Assembly (NCBI GenBank): GCA_947175215.1
Contig: CAMWLR010000001.1
Location: 6,199-70,198 of the forward strand
DNA: 64,000 bases
Reading direction: 5' to 3'
Source of the DNA: an uncultured Porphyromonadaceae bacterium
Lineage (GTDB): Bacteria > Bacteroidota > Bacteroidia > Bacteroidales > Muribaculaceae
Shown here in pieces: positions 12,028 to 21,000 of this stretch. The notes under the pieces are model-generated. The model had not been told where the DNA came from. It did no database searches and saw only the letters and a program-made list of their open reading frames with translations. Positions within the stretch are counted from its first letter, which is position 1. The number at the start of each line of letters is the position of its first letter. The translations under genes and the position numbers were made by a program.

Positions 12028-12035
12028 TATCTTTG
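12028..12035 (+). promoter_or_regulatory. -7 box (TATCTTTG) upstream of mcrB
   Basis: Exact TAnnTTTG 44 nt before the ATG at 12080. Confidence 0.6.
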
Positions 12036-12079
12036 CCATATATTATTATGGTGTAACTCACTATACCGTTTCTTGAAAA

Positions 12080-14092
12080 ATGGATAAAGACATTCTATCA
12101 GACGTAACTGCCGCTCCCGGTTACTTTGACAATCCGATATTCAGCATTATCCCCGGTGAGACTTTCTATTTACAAAAAGGTGCTGATTCATGGCAAGCGT
12201 GGAAAAATCTTCAGATCGATGATGAGTTGCTCGACCGTATGCTTTATATGAAGTATGAAGATTTTCGCGACACAACCGACGATGAAATCAGACCTTTGCG
12301 TGATGCAATATTCAGTCTTGTAGCATACTGCGACTCTAAAGCATTTGACAAGCAGAGACTTAATGTATATCCAGACAAGCGTGCAGTTGCTAAATCGGGC
12401 ATTCGTCAGAATTTCTGGGTCAAGAATCTTTTAAGATATAAGAAAGATCCCGATAACGTATCAACCGGCATCCGTAACGTAATCAACTATCTTGAAAATC
12501 CTGAAACTAATTGGCCGATTGTATCAGAGTCACATCGGCGCTATATGATACATTGGTTGACCGGAAAAGCATATAACCCCGCCACATTCAATGCTGATAT
12601 GTCGGCAGCCCTTGACAAATACTGGCCGGGTCGCGGCATACCCGAGAACCGTACTGTTTTTCTAACCCGTCTGATGTATCAGTTTGACAGCCATTGGAAA
12701 AAGGGACTGACGGTAGCCGGACTATTCGCTCATGAGAAACATGAGGATTGGAAACAAAGTCTGCTCAATGAGATGGCTGATAAAGGTTATGGATGTATCT
12801 GGTGGCATAAATTGCCGGTAAACTATCAGCATGACATCATGAACTCGCTGCGCGACACGATTGCCGGCGGCGAAGCATTTGACTTTTATTATCTCTCACA
12901 TAATTATGCCACATATCACGCACGTGTCATTGACTTCTCCACAAAAAACGAGTACTCTAAAAAGAGAGAAGAATGGAGCAAGTTGAATCCGGCATCGTTC
13001 TGCAAAGAATTCGATGAATATGAAGACGTCAAAAGAGGCGCAGAGATAGTTTTCTTGATAGACCTTTTTGAAAAAGTCGACCGACCGATATACGTCGACC
13101 GATTCGTAAGATATAAGAGTATGAAATATGATCACATTCAAGGTTTAGCAGCATACACCTCGATCAAGACAATGAACGAAACAGAACATAAAATCTCACC
13201 ATTAGCCAATGAGTTGGCCGCATTACTCAAACAGACCCGTAATCTTATTCTCACCGGAGCACCGGGTACCGGAAAGACATATCTCGCCAAAGAGATAGCA
13301 CGGGCGATGGGTGCCATCTATGGCTTCACCCAATTCCACCCCTCGTATGATTATACCGACTTTGTCGAGGGGTTGCGACCGGTCAAACATGACGGTAAAG
13401 AGATAGGCTTTGAACTCAGGCCCGGTATTTTCAAGAAATTCTGTATCGATGCCGTTGACTCTCAGCAAAACGGCGAGACAAATAACAGTTCGTGCTATCT
13501 CTTTCATATCGACGAGATAAACCGAGGGGAACTCGCCAAGATATTCGGCGAATTGTTTTTTGCAATTGACCCGTCATATCGGGGAGAGAAAGGGAAAATT
13601 GCCACTCAATATCACAATCTTATCGAAAAGGACGATACATTTGCCGACGGGTTTTACATCCCCGAAAATGTCTATATCATCGGCACAATGAATGATATAG
13701 ACCGAGGTGTTGAGACAATGGACTTTGCTATCCGCCGCCGCTTTGCATGGCGTGAGATCAAAAGTGACGAGCGCCTCGAGATGCTCGACACACTTATCGG
13801 CGAGGGGGTATCACCAGACATAATTGAGAAGGCAAAAGGGCGTCTTAAATCGCTCAATAACGCCATCTCTGAGATACCGTCACTGGGGTCGCCATACCAT
13901 ATCGGACCGGCATATTTCCTTAGTATAACGAACTATATCAATTCTTCAGAGCCGTTTAAGGATCTGTGGAATTATCATCTTGAAGGTGTATTGGCCGAAT
14001 ATCTCAGAGGCACCGAGGATAAAGAGCAGACTATGAAATCACTCCGCCATCACTATGACACCCCCGTCTCATCAAAGGTTGACAACAACTGA
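12080..14092 (+). CDS. mcrB: McrB-family AAA+ GTPase (type IV restriction motor) with about 370 aa uncharacterised N-terminal region
   Basis: Walker A GAPGTGKT, QFHPSYDYTDFVEG, Walker B HIDEINR, McrB signature GTMNDIDR, FAIRRRFAW, IGPAYF; followed by an McrC-like gene. Confidence 0.88.
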   Translation: MDKDILSDVTAAPGYFDNPIFSIIPGETFYLQKGADSWQAWKNLQIDDELLDRMLYMKYEDFRDTTDDEIRPLRDAIFSLVAYCDSKAFDKQRLNVYPDKRAVAKSGIRQNFWVKNLLRYKKDPDNVSTGIRNVINYLENPETNWPIVSESHRRYMIHWLTGKAYNPATFNADMSAALDKYWPGRGIPENRTVFLTRLMYQFDSHWKKGLTVAGLFAHEKHEDWKQSLLNEMADKGYGCIWWHKLPVNYQHDIMNSLRDTIAGGEAFDFYYLSHNYATYHARVIDFSTKNEYSKKREEWSKLNPASFCKEFDEYEDVKRGAEIVFLIDLFEKVDRPIYVDRFVRYKSMKYDHIQGLAAYTSIKTMNETEHKISPLANELAALLKQTRNLILTGAPGTGKTYLAKEIARAMGAIYGFTQFHPSYDYTDFVEGLRPVKHDGKEIGFELRPGIFKKFCIDAVDSQQNGETNNSSCYLFHIDEINRGELAKIFGELFFAIDPSYRGEKGKIATQYHNLIEKDDTFADGFYIPENVYIIGTMNDIDRGVETMDFAIRRRFAWREIKSDERLEMLDTLIGEGVSPDIIEKAKGRLKSLNNAISEIPSLGSPYHIGPAYFLSITNYINSSEPFKDLWNYHLEGVLAEYLRGTEDKEQTMKSLRHHYDTPVSSKVDNN

Positions 14093-15440
14093 CAATAGCA
14101 TCTGCCGCTCTTATATGTCGCTACCCTCTGACTCCCCTGAGATGATTTTTCTCAGGGATCTGTCGGGTGTACCATTGAGCAGTCTTGGCAAGGAGAACGA
14201 TATGATCATCATCCCACCGGGCAATCAGAGCAGTGGAGATGAGGATAAACAACCTATCATCACACTCTATCGAGATGGCAGTATCGCCACCGGAAATCTG
14301 ATGGGATACGTCGGGAATGGGGATGTCACGTTCTCGATAACATCGAGATTCACCACACAACCCGATTATTTCCTGCACTATATGTTGTCACGAGCCATGT
14401 CTGTCAGGCTGTTAGACCTCGACCATCCCTACACAACCGATTCCCAACTAAACCTGCTCATCTATCTATTCCCCTACTATCTCAAAAGAGCGCTCTCACG
14501 TGGTATATACCGGTGCTATACCTCTCTCAACAAAAATGATGCAGCGATAAAAGGGACTGTCAATATTCCTCGCCATCTTCGTCACAATATTCCGTTCAGG
14601 GGAAAGATCGCATACTCCTCTCGCGAAAGACTCGCTGCCAATCACATCACCCAACTTATACGTCATACCATCGAGACGATAAGACAACTCCCCAACAGCC
14701 ATTATATATTGGCAGCCGACAGGGAGACAAGCCGATGTGTGGCTGAGATAACAGAGTCGACCCCATCTTATCAACGTAACTTACGCGAACGAGTGATACA
14801 TGACAATATCAAACCCGTTAATCATCCTTACTTTATCGAATATACCCCACTGCAACATCTATGCCTGATGATCTTGCGCCGATGCGGCATACACTACAAT
14901 GGCTCGCGCAATCATTTCAACGGCATCATCTTTGACGGAGCATGGTTATGGGAATCTTACCTCGACAAAGTTATCCGTGAAAAGAGCGGTAAGAGAGTAG
15001 CGTCAACCTTTCGGCATCCCGATAACCGTAAATCGACGGGAGCGATACATCTTTTCAACAGCCGCCGAAAGCATGGTGACCTTACATTTTCACCCGGCAG
15101 CTTTTATCCACGTTATCCTGATTTCATCACCGCCGGGTGTGTGATTGATGCGAAATATAAACTCCTCGATGATCACAGGCAACTGCAACGTGATGATTGC
15201 CATCAGTTAATCTCTTATATGCATATCCTCAACCTTGACAAAGGGATCTTTATTTTTCCTCATACTTCATCAGGCGTAATTCATTATGAATATACCCTCA
15301 ATGGTCTCGGGGGGAGAATCATCGTGATAGGTGTACCTATACCTCAAAACGCCGTGGATTACCGTGGATTCAGCCATGAAATGGCTGTGGCTGAGGGGGA
15401 GGTGTGCCGGATATTAGAGGGAATTGAGGGCGGCGATTGA
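14055..15440 (+). CDS. mcrC: McrC-family PD-(D/E)xK nuclease subunit
   Basis: Overlaps the end of mcrB; TGNLMGYVG, IIFDGAWLWESYL, YPDF...VIDAKYK, DCHQLISY motifs as in McrC. Confidence 0.82.
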   Translation: MTPPSHQRLTTTDNSICRSYMSLPSDSPEMIFLRDLSGVPLSSLGKENDMIIIPPGNQSSGDEDKQPIITLYRDGSIATGNLMGYVGNGDVTFSITSRFTTQPDYFLHYMLSRAMSVRLLDLDHPYTTDSQLNLLIYLFPYYLKRALSRGIYRCYTSLNKNDAAIKGTVNIPRHLRHNIPFRGKIAYSSRERLAANHITQLIRHTIETIRQLPNSHYILAADRETSRCVAEITESTPSYQRNLRERVIHDNIKPVNHPYFIEYTPLQHLCLMILRRCGIHYNGSRNHFNGIIFDGAWLWESYLDKVIREKSGKRVASTFRHPDNRKSTGAIHLFNSRRKHGDLTFSPGSFYPRYPDFITAGCVIDAKYKLLDDHRQLQRDDCHQLISYMHILNLDKGIFIFPHTSSGVIHYEYTLNGLGGRIIVIGVPIPQNAVDYRGFSHEMAVAEGEVCRILEGIEGGD

Positions 15441-16430
15441 GCCGCGGCGGTGGAAGTATAGGAGATCGCTGGCGTCAAATTTCTCGGTGCGGTCGAGGAT
15501 GCCCGTGCCGAACGGGAGTGAGGGGGCAGGGCAGATGCCGCGGTCGCCGAGCGCAACAGGGGCGATCTCGACACGCAGGCTGTCCCACATCCCCGTCTCA
15601 AGGAGGTGTGACATATAACGCGGACCGGCCTCGACCAGCACCGATGTCACACCATATTCCTTAAATATAACTTCAAAGGGATTATCGCCGGTGAGGATCA
15701 CAGCTTCTACGGCGAGGTGCGCATCATGGTTGAGTATACCCGAGCGGTCAAGGATAAAGGGGCGCGGAGGGCGACCGGTCCACTGACGCAGGTTGAGACG
15801 CGGATTATCAGCATTGACGGTGGCGGCAGTGGTGAGTATCGCCTCACTCTCGCCGCGCAGTTTCATCGTCAGCAGCTTCGTTGCCGGGGTTGAGAATCGG
15901 TACGCCCCCTCACCTTCTCCACGTCGGACATCCATAAAGCCATCAGCCGACTGCGCCCATTTAAGGGTAATATAAGGGCGATGTAAGGTCTGCGCCGTGA
16001 AGAACACCTTATTTAAGGCAATCGACTCATCAGCCAACACCCCGGTGATCACCTCGGCGCCGGTGTCGCGTATCATAGCTATCCCTCGCCCGTTAACCTT
16101 AGGATTTGGATCGCCGGCACCCACTACAACGCGCTTTATCCCCTTCTCGATAATAAGACGGGCGCATGGCGGTGTCTTACCGTAATGCGAACATGGTTCA
16201 AGAGTGACATACATTGTCGACTCGGCGAGCAACGGGGTATCTGCCTCAGAGACCGATGCAACGGCATTGACCTCGGCATGACCCTGTCCGCACAGACGAT
16301 GCCACCCCTCACCTATCACGCGCCCGCGGGCCACGATGACCGCCCCTACCATGGGGTTAGGAGCAGTAAATCCACGTCCGTTGGCGGCAAGCTGCAAAGC
16401 TCTGCGCATATACATTCGGTCGATCTCCAT
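15414..16430 (-). CDS. ribD: Bifunctional riboflavin deaminase/reductase RibD
   Basis: TAPNPMVGAVIV, HAEVNA, TLEPCSHYGKTPPC, TLKWAQSADG. Confidence 0.95.
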   Translation of the reverse strand: MEIDRMYMRRALQLAANGRGFTAPNPMVGAVIVARGRVIGEGWHRLCGQGHAEVNAVASVSEADTPLLAESTMYVTLEPCSHYGKTPPCARLIIEKGIKRVVVGAGDPNPKVNGRGIAMIRDTGAEVITGVLADESIALNKVFFTAQTLHRPYITLKWAQSADGFMDVRRGEGEGAYRFSTPATKLLTMKLRGESEAILTTAATVNADNPRLNLRQWTGRPPRPFILDRSGILNHDAHLAVEAVILTGDNPFEVIFKEYGVTSVLVEAGPRYMSHLLETGMWDSLRVEIAPVALGDRGICPAPSLPFGTGILDRTEKFDASDLLYFHRRGSIAALNSL

Positions 16431-16477
16431 ATGGTTATATCCGGTTTGAGTGAGTCATAATTTAGGGGGAAGAATCC

Positions 16478-18040
16478 TTAAAGAGCCGGGGCATTCAGAG
16501 TCGTTGCCTCCCATTCATTACCAAATCTGTCATAAGGGGCGACGGCATACCAATACCCTTTCAGAGCAGACAACGGCAACTCAAAACTGTTGTCATATGT
16601 CACACCTATAATATATCGGCTGTCAAAATTTCTGCCGTCTTCGGCCATTGCATCGATCAGCCCCACATCTCTCGGTATGGCGTAGCAGACATAACGGCCG
16701 CTGCCGCGGTCAAACCATCTGAGCGAATTGTCGGTGCGGGTGAGATTCTTCACCTTTTCAGGCTGCGGGGCATCTTTCCACTCCATCGGGGGCATCAATG
16801 CATGACCGGCGTACTCGTTCATGGCTAACTCGCGTGCCAAACCTTTGGCTTTCTTTCCCGTGAGATGAGCCGCCGAGTAAAAAATCTGCCCTGCGGGAAT
16901 CCCGGCAGCCCGTGCCGCGTTGCGTCCCGTTGTCACCTCGATGCGTTGCTCTTGCCAGGCAGCGTCCCCCGCCGGGAGACTCGGTACATTCTGACTGACA
17001 TAGAGATGACGACCGAAATGGCAGGCAACACCGGCCCACCACTCTACGAGCGGAGCAAACGGATTAGTGGGATGATCCATCGGCCAATACACTTGGGGAG
17101 AAACATAGTCGACACTGCCGTCGGCAAGCCATCTCAACGGGTCGCAATAGATATCGTCATACATCCAGTCATTGCCGACTGTCGGAGGATTGAGCCCATG
17201 TTGTGCGCAAGCGCGGCCATTACCACCCGCCACACCGGCAGGGGCAACCCCAAACCTCACCCATGGTTTCTCGGCTTGTATCATCGCATACACCTCTGCG
17301 ATGGCTGCAGCGACATTTGCACGCCGTTGATCGCCTACCTTGACCGGGTCATCTCCCTCATCGACGGGAAACTTCTCAGGATAGAAATAATCGTCAAATA
17401 CCAGTCCGTCAACGTCATAGTTACTGATTATCTCACGGCATACTGCAGTGATATGCTTGCGCGCCTCGGGGTTACCCGGGTCGAGTATCGACACCCCCTT
17501 GACAGTCGTCTTGTTGACCATCCGGCCATTCTTACCCTTGACCTTGGTGGTGATGTTGCGGTTGTGACTCAGCACCCAACCTTTCTCAATCGCGCGTCGG
17601 TCAGCAGCAGTCGAGGGTAATTTGGGAGAGGATGAGAACCTGAAGGGGTTAACCCAGGCGTGCAATTCGAGTCCGCGGGCATGACACTCCTTGACAGCAA
17701 AGGCCAGCGGATCCCACCCCGCAGCAGGTGCAGTACCGCGACTGCCGGTCAGGTATGAGCTCCACGGCTCAAGTGACGACTTATACAACGCGTCAGACAT
17801 CGGTCTGACCTGTAACAAGATAGCATTGAAACCCGAGAGACGGGCGAGATCGAGCAGCTCACGCAGCTCCTTTTTCTGCGCCTCGGCAGCCGCCGGGGTC
17901 GCCCCGGTCGTAGAGGGCCAATCGATACCATAGACCGTGGCAACCCACAAACCCCTCATCTCATGCTTGGGTGAGGCTGTCAGGCGGATCAATGCGCTGA
18001 GCGCCAGCAATATCAATATCAGATAAACCCTACGCATCAC
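16478..18040 (-). CDS. Secreted glycosyl hydrolase-like 10 (GHL10; YddW/DigH-like) protein with probable C-terminal FnIII-like domain
   Basis: Signal peptide; EMRGLWVAT...IDWP, QVRP..DALY, ELHAWVNPFR, DGLVFDDYFYP, VDYVSPQVYW. Confidence 0.85.
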   Translation of the reverse strand: MMRRVYLILILLALSALIRLTASPKHEMRGLWVATVYGIDWPSTTGATPAAAEAQKKELRELLDLARLSGFNAILLQVRPMSDALYKSSLEPWSSYLTGSRGTAPAAGWDPLAFAVKECHARGLELHAWVNPFRFSSSPKLPSTAADRRAIEKGWVLSHNRNITTKVKGKNGRMVNKTTVKGVSILDPGNPEARKHITAVCREIISNYDVDGLVFDDYFYPEKFPVDEGDDPVKVGDQRRANVAAAIAEVYAMIQAEKPWVRFGVAPAGVAGGNGRACAQHGLNPPTVGNDWMYDDIYCDPLRWLADGSVDYVSPQVYWPMDHPTNPFAPLVEWWAGVACHFGRHLYVSQNVPSLPAGDAAWQEQRIEVTTGRNAARAAGIPAGQIFYSAAHLTGKKAKGLARELAMNEYAGHALMPPMEWKDAPQPEKVKNLTRTDNSLRWFDRGSGRYVCYAIPRDVGLIDAMAEDGRNFDSRYIIGVTYDNSFELPLSALKGYWYAVAPYDRFGNEWEATTLNAPAL

Positions 18041-21000
18041 TTTACACTCACGATCTTAACGGTTTGACCGGCCGAATGAGCCAAGACAATCGGATTATAC
18101 TGACTCTGCACCTGAGCCACACCTGATAAGAAGTCGCCGCTCTGTGCAGCAAAGAGTTCGTATGCAAGACGATAGACACCACGGGGCATGAAGTCGATAA
18201 ATATATTGGTACTGCTGTCACGATTCTCGCGATAGAACCATAACCCCTCGGCAGCGATGGGACGGGGGAGCTGCTCGACCGGTTCGAGGCCGGCCGCACG
18301 CAAATCCTCGATCACCACATACGAGAGATCATCCTCGACATTGAGAGTCAACTCTACCCTGACACGATCACCCACCTTAAACTCATTGCGGGGAATCCAT
18401 TGCTCGCCGTCAAACACCATCATCGACTTGGCGACAGTGATCTCGCGACAGCCGACAGCTGCGATAGAGTCCATCGGTAACCGACGCATCATCACCACCC
18501 CGCCGACCGAGGGGTAATCGGCCTGACGATCGATGGTCAACGTCTCGGGGCGAGAAAGCAATGAAGTGATCTGCTCGGTAAACTCACCCGTCGCATATTC
18601 TTGATTCTCAGGTAAAATAAGCGTATCACCAACATGGATAGCCGTGCCGCGCGGATTGACCTTAAGCGGCTTGCCGGAGGTGAGAATCGAGGCAACGGTC
18701 TGCGTTGTCATCACAGCGTTACCCCAGTCATTGTTGGTCTTGTTAAGAATCAACCACTGACGTATCTTCTCGACATCGTCACAACCCGGCTCGACGGCGT
18801 TAAACGCATCGAGTATAACAGAGGTGATGGCCACACGGTCAAAACTCCACAGAGTTGAGTACCGGTCGAGTTGCTGCCACCACATACCCTTCTCGGGGGT
18901 CGAGGTCGAAAACTCACGCAGCGACTGCAGTATCTGACGGGCCGAGGCGTTATAGCCATGATTATTAAGCATCAGGGCATATACACCCTTCATCGCCACA
19001 GACGCATTTTTCCAGTCGGCAAGCGCCTTTTGCACCTGCGCCTCAACCACGCGCGACGCAGCCGTCGAGAGCGGGATATCAGTGAAATTATCACGGATCA
19101 TCACATATAGCCAATAATCGCCACGCGGATAGCGCGCGAACTCACGGGCAGTCTCTTTGTCAAGATACGCCACAGTCTCCTTGATCATCTTATTAAGACG
19201 CTGATCTGAGGGCAGATACCCCATTCGCTTAAGCTGTCCAAATTCTTCGAGGATGACCTCAGTGGCCCACCGGCTAACGACAGGATAACGGTCAGACCAG
19301 CTCCAACCGCCATCCGCACGCATCATAGCCAGACGGTCGATAGCCGACGCGATCACCTTAGAGGTCTCGCGGCGGTCAAACAGCAACGCGAGACGTTGCA
19401 TCCGCTCGGTATCGCTCAGAGCCTCTGACACCCAGGGGGTAGCAGAGAGAAGCATAGTTTTCAGTTCGCTGTTCTTCTCAAGTTCGGAGATCAGCGCCGG
19501 ATCATTGGTCTCAACCCAACGGCGCAACACTCTTGCGACCTCGGGATATTCACGCATAAGACCCTCGGCAACAGCAGCAGAGAAGAGCGCGGCAGATGCC
19601 TCGACAGATGAGTTAATGCTATTATCACGCAGTCCGGGGAGAGCCGAAACCACCTGCCATGCAGGGTTCTCAGTGAAGTTGAGATATACCCTGTCATCAT
19701 CAGACACGGCCGGGAGCGAGATGGAGAATGAATTTTGACCGGGAGCGAGATAGAAGATTTCAGACTCGACAACATCCTGCTCAGAGGGGAGGATCGGCAG
19801 CAGCGACTGCTCGCCGTCGGTGTAGTCACCCGACATTGCACGCACCCTGTATATCAATCCCGTCTGTCCGACAGGCGCATTGACACTGACCGAGGTCACT
19901 GCCGATCCCTTGGCCGGGAGTGTCAGCTCCTCTTCATTCTTATACAGCAGAGTCAGCCCGTCAGCAGACAATATCTCAGAGATGACCTTAACCTCACGGG
20001 TGGTGTCAGTGTCGTTCATTATTGATGCAGACAAGGTAATCGAGTCGCCCGCGCGGAGGAAACGTGGGGCATTCTGCGACACCATCACCGGTTTTGACGA
20101 AACGATCTCGACCTCTGCCGATGACGCCAGCAACTCCTTGTTATAAGCAAGTGCGCGCAAAATCCAAGTCGTATTGGCATCGGGTACGGTATAGGTTATT
20201 TCGAGAGTGCCATCCTCACCCGTTGTGAGCATCGGGCGGAAGAATGCCAGCGGTATTTCAGAGGGCCGGTAGCTGTCGTCACTTTCTTTTGGTTCTTCAC
20301 TTGATACCGACCCTGCATCTGCAGCCATCCCGGCAGCCGCCGGAGCGGCCATTGTCTCTACGGCTGCCTCGTCATAATCAGCCTCAGCCATCATGGCTTT
20401 ATCCTCGACAACCATATCGGCGCTGCCATTTGTGGCCATTGACCTCGACCCTCTGATAGAAAATTTTGACATCATGTATCGGCCAACAGTGCCAAACGAC
20501 AAACCATAGAACTGAAATTTCGGCGGGATAATCGTATACGCATCGCTATACTTGATATTAGAGTGTGCGTTATAACTGCGGCTATAGAATCTCAATCCGT
20601 CATAAGACACCGACCACGATGCGTCGCTAAATTTACTAAGTCGTAAGTTATTGGGAGCCAAAACATCAATAGCTTTATTGGCCATATCGAGCATCACGGC
20701 AGACGCGGCATCAGCTCCACCGACAGGTTTTACCCTAAGGGTGACCTTTTCATCCTGTCCGGGGATTACCTTGTCACGGAATGTCTCAATCTCGAGTGTG
20801 ACACTCTTACGTGCCGCATTACTCTTGACCGCCACCTCATAACTCTCGGCTTTGAAGTCTTTGACAGACTGCACCAGCACTCTCACCGACTCCTCACCGG
20901 CAGGAATCTTGCCTGTGATCGACTGCATACCTCTCTTGAGATTAACCCAACGCTTGTTGACAATCTTGCCCGGATATGAAGTGACAATTACACGTGCCAC

